Shown in pieces: positions 17,476 to 26,881 of a stretch of DNA of 64,000 bases (the stretch's first letter is position 1; the number at the start of each line of letters is the position of its first letter). The stretch comes from Polyangiaceae bacterium (GTDB lineage: Bacteria; Myxococcota_A; Polyangia; Polyangiales; Polyangiaceae): positions 256,001 to 320,000 of the forward strand of contig JBILLK010000010.1 of NCBI GenBank assembly GCA_044376115.1. Direction: 5' to 3'. Under the pieces are notes generated by a model. The model had not been told where the DNA came from. It saw only the letters and a list, made by a program, of their open reading frames with translations, and did no database searches. The translations under genes were made by a program, and so were the position numbers.

Positions 17476-18116
17476 ACTTCGATCTCCGCCTTCGCCAGGA
17501 TCTTTGCGTCAAAGTCTTTGGTGGGAATTGGAAGCTTCACGGTCTTCGCTAGCCAGCCCTTGTGCTTGAGCACGCCGCGCTGGGCGGTCCCGTCGCCAAC
17601 GGCTCCGGTCAATTTGAACAGCGGCTTGGCCGTTCCCTCGAGGGACACTTTGGAGCCCTCCTTCTCGGTGAACACGGGCTCGATCTCGAGCCGATGCTTC
17701 AACGCCTTGTTACACCCCTCGTGAACGACTCGAGCCGCTGCGCCAATGTCTTGGTCGTCAAAGTTAGCCACGTCTTGCTTCAGGAAATCCACCAAGCGGC
17801 CGTCGGCTTGCAGCATCGACAGGAGCAGCAGCGCCCCTTGCTCACGGCCGAGTTCTGCCCCGGCGGCTTGCCCGGCGTCCACCCCTTCGGCGCGAGCCTT
17901 GGCAAGCGCGGCAGCAAGCTCTGCCTCTTTTGCGGCCTTGTCCTCGACTTGCTCGGTCTCACTCGGCGAAGCATCGGGCGTGGGCTCAGCGAGCTTGGGG
18001 GCGGCGTGATTGAGCGACTGCACCCGCGCCGCAAAGCGACCGTCAAAGAGCAGCTTGAAGAAGACCACCCAGGCCATCCACAGGCGTGTTCCAAGGCCAA
18101 TCTCATCGTCTTGCAC
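17472..18116 (-). CDS. DUF2760 family protein
   Basis: LL..LQ.DGRLVDFL..DV..F.D.DIGAAARVVH.GC...L.G.V....G.L.H.GW; ATGA overlap with the Hsp70 gene. GTG 18116 chosen as start to avoid overlapping the divergent gene. Confidence 0.8.
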   Translation of the reverse strand: MQDDEIGLGTRLWMAWVVFFKLLFDGRFAARVQSLNHAAPKLAEPTPDASPSETEQVEDKAAKEAELAAALAKARAEGVDAGQAAGAELGREQGALLLLSMLQADGRLVDFLKQDVANFDDQDIGAAARVVHEGCNKALKHRLEIEPVFTEKEGSKVSLEGTAKPLFKLTGAVGDGTAQRGVLKHKGWLAKTVKLPIPTKDFDAKILAKAEIEV

Positions 18117-18170
18117 GAAGCGGGACCTTAGTACGATCTTGCCGGAAGTGTGGTTCAATAGCTGGCTTCC

Positions 18171-19397
18171 ATGCCGACCTTTGCGGCCGCTGAACAAAAG
18201 ATGGCTTTCGTGATGGTTGGTCTCCCAGCCCGAGGAAAGTCCTACATTGCGCGGAAGCTCGCGCGCTACCTACGCTGGCGCGGCCAGGAGACCCGGGTTT
18301 TCAACGTGGGGACCTATCGCCGAGAGATCGTCGGCAGCCAGGTCAGCCATGACTTCTTCGACCCTGACAACCCGGAGGGCCGCAAAGAGCGGATGCGGCT
18401 GGCCGAGCTGGTGCTCAAAGACATGCTGCGCTGGCTTATGAGCACGGGCCAAGTCGGCATTTATGATGCGACCAACTCGACCAAAGAGCGACGTCGCTGG
18501 ATTCGTGAGACCTGCACCGCAGCCGGGGTGACCGTGGTCTTCATCGAGACAGTCTGTGATGATCCGCACGTCATCGATCGCAACTTGCGCGACACCAAGC
18601 TCCACTCCCCCGACTACGCGGGGGTCGCGCCCGAGGACGCGCTCGTCGACTTCAAGCAGCGGATAGCGCACTACCAGCGCGCTTATGAACCGCTAGCGGA
18701 TGACGAGGGGAGGTTCGTCAAGCTGATCGACGAAGGCACCAAGGTGGTGGTCCACAATGTCGACGGCGCCATTCTTTCACGCGTCGTCTACTTCCTGATG
18801 AACCTGCGCACCAAGCGGCGGCCGATCTGGCTGACGCGGCACGGGGAGAGCCAGTTCAACGTTGAAGACCGCATCGGTGGGGACAGCGGGCTGAGTCCGC
18901 GAGGGCACGAGTTCGCTCGCGCGCTCGCCGGCTTCATGCAACCGCGGCGCGGCAAAGAGCCGATCACCGTGTGGACGAGCCGCCTCCAACGTACGATCCA
19001 AACGGCCAGCTACTTAGCTGAGAGAACTACCGCCTTCCGTTCGCTGGACGAGATCGACGCCGGCGAGTGTGACGGCATGACCTATACCGAGGTACGCAAA
19101 CGTTACCCCGAGCAGTTCGAGGCCCGCGCGAAGGACAAGCTCAACTACCGCTACCCGCGTGGAGAGTCCTACAACGACGTCATTCAACGGCTGGATCCCA
19201 TCATCATCGAGATCGAGCGGCACGAGCATCCGATCTTGGTGGTAAGTCATCAAGGCGTGTTGCGCGCACTCTACGCCTACCTGATGGACACCCCGCCCGC
19301 CGACTGCCCCCATATCCCGATGCCGCTTCACACCGTGCTCGAGCTCATGCCGAGCGCTTATGGCTGCACCGAACGCAGGTTTCCCCTCTCCTCTTGA
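18171..19397 (+). CDS. Bifunctional 6-phosphofructo-2-kinase/fructose-2,6-bisphosphatase (PFKFB-like)
   Basis: Kinase domain: MVGLPARGKS, FNVGTYRR, DATNST.ERR, K..SPDY, DF..RI..Y...YEPL. Phosphatase domain: RHGES, RIGGDSGLS, RTIQTA, EIDAG, YRYP.GESY, SHQ. Confidence 0.92.
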   Translation: MPTFAAAEQKMAFVMVGLPARGKSYIARKLARYLRWRGQETRVFNVGTYRREIVGSQVSHDFFDPDNPEGRKERMRLAELVLKDMLRWLMSTGQVGIYDATNSTKERRRWIRETCTAAGVTVVFIETVCDDPHVIDRNLRDTKLHSPDYAGVAPEDALVDFKQRIAHYQRAYEPLADDEGRFVKLIDEGTKVVVHNVDGAILSRVVYFLMNLRTKRRPIWLTRHGESQFNVEDRIGGDSGLSPRGHEFARALAGFMQPRRGKEPITVWTSRLQRTIQTASYLAERTTAFRSLDEIDAGECDGMTYTEVRKRYPEQFEARAKDKLNYRYPRGESYNDVIQRLDPIIIEIERHEHPILVVSHQGVLRALYAYLMDTPPADCPHIPMPLHTVLELMPSAYGCTERRFPLSS

Positions 19398-19434
19398 GGC
19401 GATGCTTCAAGCAAACCCCGAGAGCGCTTGAACG

Positions 19435-20085
19435 GTGAAGGCCTCCGAGCGAGACCTCGCAGACCAGGCGTGCGCCGCCCTGCAGGCTGGGCGGCTAACG
19501 CCATCGAGTTTTCGCCGCTCGCTCACGCGCGTTGAAGCGCACACGCGCGACGCTTGGCTCGACCTGGTGTTAGGGCTTGAACCGCCGCCCCCCGACGGCC
19601 CCTCCCTACCACGCGGCTGCGTCCCGTATTTGCCGAGTTCCGTCGAGGTATTGCTACGTGCCAGCGATCTCGTCGGACTCGGGCCGGAAGACGTGTTCGT
19701 GGACGTCGGCTCGGGTGCTGGCCGGGCGCTAGCGGCGATCCACCTGCTCACCGGCGCGCGGGTGGTCGGGCTGGAGATTCAGCCGGAACTCGTACAGAGC
19801 TCGCGTGAACTCATGGCGCGGCTAGGCATTACCAATTACGAGATCGCACAGGGCGACTGTCTCGAGCTCATTGGGCTGATTCCCCAAGCAGCCGTCCTAC
19901 TGCTCTATTGCCCCTTTGCGTTCGACAAGCTCAATCGCTTTCTCGACCGGCTCGAGGAGCGCGCTCGAAGCAGCGAGCTGCGGCTCTGTTGCGTCGACGT
20001 GCCGCCTATTTCACGCAGCTGGCTCGAACGTGCTGAGGTCAAAGCCGGAGACCTGACGATCTACCGGAGCAAGCTTCACCGTTGA
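19435..20085 (+). CDS. Class I SAM-dependent methyltransferase (DOT1-like pattern)
   Basis: GLGPEDVFVDVGSGAGR, GLEI and QGD motifs. Confidence 0.75.
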   Translation: MKASERDLADQACAALQAGRLTPSSFRRSLTRVEAHTRDAWLDLVLGLEPPPPDGPSLPRGCVPYLPSSVEVLLRASDLVGLGPEDVFVDVGSGAGRALAAIHLLTGARVVGLEIQPELVQSSRELMARLGITNYEIAQGDCLELIGLIPQAAVLLLYCPFAFDKLNRFLDRLEERARSSELRLCCVDVPPISRSWLERAEVKAGDLTIYRSKLHR

Positions 20086-20098
20086 GCTAAGGCAACCG

Positions 20099-20122
20099 AG
20101 CTGGGCCACTGCGGGCCCAGCT
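20099..20122. terminator. GC-rich hairpin between convergent genes
   Basis: AGCTGGGCC-actgcg-GGCCCAGCT; no clear U-tract. Confidence 0.4.
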
Positions 20123-20140
20123 TCAGCCAAACCTTCCGCG

Positions 20141-21685
20141 TTACTGGGAGAAGCCCTCGAGGAGATAGTGGGCCTCGATGCGGCGCAGCGCGAGGACCAT
20201 GGCTGCGGCGCGCGTGTTGAGCTTCTTGCCTACGGTAAATCCGCGGGAGTCATGCTCTTCACCTTTGCGAGCGGTGTCGTCGGCGATGTCGAGAATAACG
20301 CGATAGTTATTCTTGATAGCGCGCTCCAAGCGGGAGTTTACCTCCGCCTCGGTCCACTGCTCCATGCGCTTGTTCTGGATCCATTCGTAGTAAGAAACCG
20401 TGACGCCGCCGGCGTTGGCGATGATGTCCGGGATCAGCTCGATGCCCCGCTGCTCGAGCACTTGGTCCGCCTCGACGGTGGTTGGACCATTCGCCCCTTC
20501 TGCGACGAGCTTTGCTTTGATGCGTTCAGCGACCGAGCCTGTGATCGACCCGCCGAGCGCGGCCGGGATGCAGATATCGCAATCAACCTCCCAGAAGTCC
20601 GACGAGCCAATGGCCTGCGCGTCACCATAGCCGTGCACCGACCGCTTTAGGTTATTGGGGTTCTGGTGCACGTATTCGCTGAGCTTCGCCGCGTTGATCC
20701 CGTTCGGGTCGGCGATCGAACCGTCGGCGTCTTGTACGGCGACACACACTGCCCCCATCTCGGTCAGAATCTCAGCGGCGCAGCTGCCGACGTTGCCGTA
20801 GCCCTGTACGATAAACCGAGCGCCCTTTAGCGGCTTGTTGCGACGCGTGTACCACTCCTCGATGCAATACGCGACGCCCTGCCCCGTCGCGCGTACGCGA
20901 CCCTTCGACCCACCGATGCGCACGTCTTTTCCGGTGACGACGCCGCGCATGGCGTGCCGCTCCCGCTCGCCGTCCGAGTACTGTCGGAGCAGCCAGGCCA
21001 TGACCTCAGCGTTGGTACCGACATCGGGCGCCGGGATGTCCAAGTTCGGGCCCACGAGCTGCTTGAGCTTGTACATATAGCGAAGGGAAATCGCCTCGAG
21101 TTCGTCTTTGGTGAAGGCTCGCGGCTCCATGCGAATACCACCTTTTCCTCCACCGAACGGGACGTCGGCGATGGCCGTCTTCCAGGTCATTTCAGCCGCT
21201 AGCACGTTAAACAAATCGAGCGAGACGTCCTTGTGGAAGCGCAGACCTCCCTTGTAAGGGCCGCGAGCCTGATTGTGCTGTACGCGATAGGCCTTCAAGC
21301 GAATGTGGCCGCCGGGCGTTACCCGATAGAGGCCGGACGTTAGCCGCAGCACGCCGTCACGAGCATGAAGGGTCGCTCCACGAAGGGCGTCTTGTTTGAC
21401 GCCCAGCTTGCCGTCGAACAGCGGCGTGAAAGCGTTGGCGGGTAAACTGGAGTTCGGCAGATCGGCAAAGTTCGTGACTTCGGCCGCTTCGAGCGGAACT
21501 AGCCGGTCTCCCACCTGCGTTGTCACATAGAAGATGTGCTCGTAGTCAGGCTGCTCCAGCTCGAGGCGGATGCGGGGGTGCAGCCCAATTAGGTCTGCGG
21601 CTCGGTGAAACACCTGAAGCGATTCACCAAAGAGGGTCGACTCTGGCTCGCGGTCATGCGCGAGTGTTGCGTTGTTGGTGGTCAT
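20141..21685 (-). CDS. gdhA: Glutamate dehydrogenase (Glu/Leu/Phe/Val family) with N-terminal-domain insertion
   Basis: YRVQHN.ARGPYKGG, MTWKTA, GGGKGG, PAPDVGT, VTGK, GYGNVG, EGANGP and NAGGVTVSY motifs. Confidence 0.88.
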   Translation of the reverse strand: MTTNNATLAHDREPESTLFGESLQVFHRAADLIGLHPRIRLELEQPDYEHIFYVTTQVGDRLVPLEAAEVTNFADLPNSSLPANAFTPLFDGKLGVKQDALRGATLHARDGVLRLTSGLYRVTPGGHIRLKAYRVQHNQARGPYKGGLRFHKDVSLDLFNVLAAEMTWKTAIADVPFGGGKGGIRMEPRAFTKDELEAISLRYMYKLKQLVGPNLDIPAPDVGTNAEVMAWLLRQYSDGERERHAMRGVVTGKDVRIGGSKGRVRATGQGVAYCIEEWYTRRNKPLKGARFIVQGYGNVGSCAAEILTEMGAVCVAVQDADGSIADPNGINAAKLSEYVHQNPNNLKRSVHGYGDAQAIGSSDFWEVDCDICIPAALGGSITGSVAERIKAKLVAEGANGPTTVEADQVLEQRGIELIPDIIANAGGVTVSYYEWIQNKRMEQWTEAEVNSRLERAIKNNYRVILDIADDTARKGEEHDSRGFTVGKKLNTRAAAMVLALRRIEAHYLLEGFSQ

Positions 21686-21926
21686 TGCCACCACGATCAC
21701 CGAGGGCTTGCGGATTCGCAAGATGGTTCCACGGTCGCGCGGCCGGTCCCTGAAGAAAGATGAATGCGCGCTTCCCTCCGTTGACGGAAGTGCCCTCGCA
21801 ACCAACCCTGGGACACGGGCGAGGCACGGTGCCCGCCCAGAGGTCGAGGACGCGGAAATCCCTCAAGATGTTCACGTCCTCGCGCATTGAGCCCGTCGGG
21901 GAATACCCCGGCGAGGAGAGAACAGC

Positions 21927-22433
21927 ATGTATCCTGGTTTTTTTGGATTCTGGAAACAACGACACCACCACGGCGAAGAAGCGCATTGCGGCGAGGAGCG
22001 AGCGTGTGGACCTCGCGGTGGGTTTGGTCCCGGGCATAGGCCGTTTGGCCCAGGAGGGCCGGGTGGCCCCGCCGATTGGGACAACGACGGAGGCGGCTTT
22101 GGCGTACGGCGACCGCTGCGCTTTCTCGCGTGGAAGCTCGAGCTCGAGGAGCACCAGGTGGCGAAGCTCGCTGTCTTGCTGGACGAACTGAAGACAGAGC
22201 GAGCCCAAGCAGCAGTGGACCAACGGCGCTCGATCGCTGCGTTTGCCGACGGGGTCGAGAGTGAGGTGTTCGACCTTGCTCGAGCCACTGAAGCAGCAGA
22301 GCAACGCGTGCGCACAGCCGAGCGCTTGAAGCAGGCGGTGCTCAAAGCGCTGCAGGCGATGCACGAGTTACTTACGCCGGAGCAGCGTAAGCGGCTTGCG
22401 TATCTACTGCGCACAGGCGCGTTGAGCATCTAA
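21927..22433 (+). CDS. Spy/CpxP (LTXXQ) family helical protein
   Basis: C-terminal LTPEQR motif; His/Gly-rich N-terminus; SD GAGGAG upstream. Confidence 0.72.
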   Translation: MYPGFFGFWKQRHHHGEEAHCGEERACGPRGGFGPGHRPFGPGGPGGPADWDNDGGGFGVRRPLRFLAWKLELEEHQVAKLAVLLDELKTERAQAAVDQRRSIAAFADGVESEVFDLARATEAAEQRVRTAERLKQAVLKALQAMHELLTPEQRKRLAYLLRTGALSI

Positions 22434-22440
22434 CGCAAGG

Positions 22441-22472
22441 AGCCCGGTGGTCCGTCGACCATCGGGCTTTTT
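22441..22472 (+). terminator. Intrinsic terminator
   Basis: AGCCCGGTGGTC-cgtc-GACCATCGGGCT followed by TTTT. Confidence 0.8.
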
Positions 22473-22490
22473 CTCAAGCCTTAGAGATCC

Positions 22491-23372
22491 TCAGAGTCCA
22501 CCGACGAAGCTACGTAGCAGCTCCAGCACCAAGCGGATCTTGGGTATTTCGGCGAGCACCCGCGGCGCCGAGATCCACAGGCGGAGTTCAGCCCCGACTT
22601 GCTCTGGCAAGACACGCACGAGCGGCTCCCCGCCAAATGGCTCTGGAAGACCGGCGTCTGGAATGAACGCCATCGCCAAGCCGGCGGCGCAGCTGCGGCG
22701 AATGATATGCATGTCGGTCCCGATGACTACGGGCGCAATGCGATAGCGTGCACCGTCGCGAGTGGGAAGTTCACAGGCGTCCTCGCCAGGGGCCTGCCAC
22801 GCGTAGATCTCATGCGCGGCCAACTCTGCAAGCGACCGTGGAGTTCCGTGAGAGGCTAGATAGCTCGAGGACGCGAGCAAGGACCGTTCAAGGCGCACCA
22901 TGGGAAAGGAAACCCACGCCGCACCGGGCGAGTTCTCGGTGAAGTGCACCGCGAGATCGATCTCCTCGAGAGGCTCTCCCAGCGGGTCGCTGCTAAAGCG
23001 ACAATGCAAGTGCAGCCCGGGGAACTTGGCGCGCATCATCGCGATCAGCTGGGGCATCAATTCTGGGGGCATACCGACTGGCATCACCGCTCGCAACGTG
23101 CCGCGCGGGGTCGACCCCATATCGCGCACGGAGGACAACACCGCCCTCATCTCTTGCATCATTCGGTGCCCCTGCGAGGCGAGCGCCTTTCCCGCATCGG
23201 TGAGGACGATGCCGCGCGGAGTCCCTTCCAAGAGCGCGACCCCAGCCCGCGCCTCGAGGGAATCCACCTTGCGACGCAAGGTCGTACGCGACATGGCGAG
23301 CGAGTCGGCTGCCGCCAGGTACGACCCTGTCTCGGCTACCGCGACAAACGCTCGAAGCTCCTCCAGATCCAT
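22491..23372 (-). CDS. LysR-family transcriptional regulator
   Basis: N-terminal HTH (AFVAVAETGS..AAA..L), LT.AG, and a substrate-binding domain. Confidence 0.9.
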   Translation of the reverse strand: MDLEELRAFVAVAETGSYLAAADSLAMSRTTLRRKVDSLEARAGVALLEGTPRGIVLTDAGKALASQGHRMMQEMRAVLSSVRDMGSTPRGTLRAVMPVGMPPELMPQLIAMMRAKFPGLHLHCRFSSDPLGEPLEEIDLAVHFTENSPGAAWVSFPMVRLERSLLASSSYLASHGTPRSLAELAAHEIYAWQAPGEDACELPTRDGARYRIAPVVIGTDMHIIRRSCAAGLAMAFIPDAGLPEPFGGEPLVRVLPEQVGAELRLWISAPRVLAEIPKIRLVLELLRSFVGGL

Positions 23373-23428
23373 GCGCTCCCTTGCGGCGCGATGAGAGTGG
23401 ATTGCGAGCGGAAGCGCAAGGGCGTGGG

Positions 23429-24532
<1,104 letters not shown>

Positions 24533-24669
24533 TCCAACAAGCTTGGCCGCGGAGTTTGGATTTCTTGCGTTCCCGCTCGTGTGGAATTGTTAACGCGCTG
24601 ACTGCGCCCGAGCGCCGCTTTGATCAGGTTGGGCTTGCGGCGGGGGCGCGCCGCGATGACCGTTCACTC

Positions 24670-25494
24670 ATGCGGCGAATCGCTGTGGCGGGTGTAATTC
24701 TGGTGCTCCTCGGGTGTGGAGCTCGGACGGGACTTCCGGAGTTTGACAACGATGGCGGCGCCGGTGGCGGTGGTGGTGGCAGCCCTCCCGTGCCGTGCGA
24801 AGGTGTGGAGGAACAAAGCTGCGGCAGTGACTTGGGCGAATGCTCACCTGGCCTTCAGCGGTGCCAACCCGACGGCTTCTTCGGACCTTGTGAAGGAGCG
24901 GTCGGCCCGTTCGAGGAGCTTTGCAACGACCTCGACGACGACTGTGATTCAGTCATCGACAACGGCTTTGGGATTGGCGGCGCTTGTGACGGCGCAGACA
25001 GCGACAGTTGCTTGGACGATGTGATGACCTGCCAGGGCTGCACGCTCGGCCCGGATCTCGTTGAGACCTGCAATGGGACAGATGACAACTGCAACGGCAT
25101 CATCGATTCGGATTGCGAGGTTGGAGATTGCTCCCCCACCCTCCTTGTCACCGGCTCGGTCCCGTCCAGCCCTGGCTGCATCGACTTCCCCGTCGAGGCC
25201 GGGTCCACCGGCGTCATCAACTACCCGTGCGGCGGTGGAGATGTAACGGCCACGCTGGGGGCCATCACCTTTTCGGGGTCCGTGAACAACGGCGAGGTCT
25301 CTCTCTTTGGTACCATCGACTTTGTTGGGCCAGACGACTGCCTCTGGCGCGCTGACCACTTCATCAACGGGTCGATCCCGGCCGGCACCGTCGCCTATTT
25401 TTACGAGGAGACGCTGTTGACCCCGCCCGGCAACGGCTGTTGGTCTCCGTGCACCGAGACCGGCACAGTGGACATCAATTGGGTGGAGCGCTGA
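24670..25494 (+). CDS. Cys-rich lipoprotein with CNxLDDDCD-type repeats
   Basis: Lipobox LLGC after ATG 24670; ELCNDLDDDCD and ETCNGTDDNCNG repeats. Confidence 0.75.
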   Translation: MRRIAVAGVILVLLGCGARTGLPEFDNDGGAGGGGGGSPPVPCEGVEEQSCGSDLGECSPGLQRCQPDGFFGPCEGAVGPFEELCNDLDDDCDSVIDNGFGIGGACDGADSDSCLDDVMTCQGCTLGPDLVETCNGTDDNCNGIIDSDCEVGDCSPTLLVTGSVPSSPGCIDFPVEAGSTGVINYPCGGGDVTATLGAITFSGSVNNGEVSLFGTIDFVGPDDCLWRADHFINGSIPAGTVAYFYEETLLTPPGNGCWSPCTETGTVDINWVER

Positions 25495-25500
25495 CCGCCC

Positions 25501-26142
25501 TCAGCTCCGGAAGATCTGCCAAAGGCTCAGGCCGGTCGCAAGAAACAGCGCAAACGCGCCACCAAAAAGGCTAACCCACAGCAGGGTGAGGGGTAGCGGT
25601 GCAGCAACCCCACTTGCTTGGGCCAAGGCGTCCCCTTGGACGTTCTTCGGCGCGGCGCCTGGCACGAGCGGAATCTGCTGACGACGATCCCCCACGGCCA
25701 GGGCTAGCGCAAACAGCGCGCCTAAAGCTGGTAGCAGACCGAGCAGCCCAACCAACGCCGCGTTCTCTGCTCGGTCCGTCGCCTTCTCGACCCGCGATTC
25801 ACGCTCACCCGGCGCGAACACCGAGTCGCTGGTGCGGACATCCCGAGCCTCCGCGTGATTGAAGTGCGCAGATAGGTCCGACACCAAAAGCGCGGAAAGC
25901 GCTGCGGCGCCAGCGACCAAGGCCAAGCGAGCCGTGCCCTTGTGCTGGCGGCGCCAAACGAAATGAGCGCCGAGCAGCAGACTCGCCCCCAAGACCAGAA
26001 ACAGCGCCAAGGCACCGCCAAAGCCAGCACTCCCCAGCAAGGATGTCTTGAGCCCAATGACGCCGACAAGGACCGCCGCCCCCATTCCGACACCACCGAA
26101 AAGCAGCTGGGTCCGCCGCGAAGCAGGAAGGCCGTTTTTCAT
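25501..26142 (-). CDS. Hypothetical multi-pass membrane protein
   Basis: About 5 hydrophobic segments; fills the gap between neighbouring genes. Confidence 0.6.
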   Translation of the reverse strand: MKNGLPASRRTQLLFGGVGMGAAVLVGVIGLKTSLLGSAGFGGALALFLVLGASLLLGAHFVWRRQHKGTARLALVAGAAALSALLVSDLSAHFNHAEARDVRTSDSVFAPGERESRVEKATDRAENAALVGLLGLLPALGALFALALAVGDRRQQIPLVPGAAPKNVQGDALAQASGVAAPLPLTLLWVSLFGGAFALFLATGLSLWQIFRS

Positions 26143-26209
26143 CTTCGTGGACCTTAGTCCTCTTTTCGGGTTCCGGCCGGACAAAAGCCTGGGCAAGCTT
26201 GCGAGCACG

Positions 26210-26881
26210 ATGATGAAGTACGCCCTTCTCCTAGCGCTGGGGGTCTCCTGGGGTTGTCTCGCCCCGTCGCCCAAGGAGCGCAACGAGCCCATGGAAACCA
26301 CCACGAGCACGCTGCAGACTCAGCCCAAGGAGAACGGCGGACCGGCTGGAGATGGAGTTGGCCCGGCGACTCGCCACGGCGGCACCATCGATCTCAAGCG
26401 AGTACAGTGGCCGGACGCCGCGAGCGTGAATCAAGCAGCTCGCGCCGCGTTAACCAGCAGCGCCCGCGAACAGGTGGATAACGCGGTATTGCCCGTGTTG
26501 CTCCCGTCCGATGCGGCGCTGGCGCACAACGCTACCGTGATCGCTCGGCCTACGTTCATCGCGGTTTCAACGCGCACGGAAGACAAGTCCCTCACCGTGT
26601 CGGTGTCCGCCTCCAACGTCGTTCACCGCTACCAAGGAATGGAGAGGGCCACACCAACGAGCAAGGTCCGCGGCGGCAAGCCTGCCTGGGTTCTGCAGAA
26701 CGAGGGGATTTGGAGCGTCGCCTGGAATGAACACGGGATCGACTACGTGCTCGAGCTCGAATGCGCGGCCCCTGGTACGGACGCGCGCTGCGCGGATGAC
26801 ACTGCCGTTCGTCAATTCGCTGAGGAGCTCGTGTTCGTCGGTGGTAGCGCCCAAGCAGTCAACAAGGAGCCCAGCCGATGA
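26210..26881 (+). CDS. Hypothetical lipoprotein
   Basis: MMKYALLLALGVSWGC lipobox; ATGA overlap with the M23 gene. Confidence 0.7.
   Translation: MMKYALLLALGVSWGCLAPSPKERNEPMETTTSTLQTQPKENGGPAGDGVGPATRHGGTIDLKRVQWPDAASVNQAARAALTSSAREQVDNAVLPVLLPSDAALAHNATVIARPTFIAVSTRTEDKSLTVSVSASNVVHRYQGMERATPTSKVRGGKPAWVLQNEGIWSVAWNEHGIDYVLELECAAPGTDARCADDTAVRQFAEELVFVGGSAQAVNKEPSR

Noticed and set aside
21822..21836. GG-N10-GC sigma54-like motif upstream of the Spy-like gene
   Set aside because: Poor -12 element; expected by chance at this GC content.
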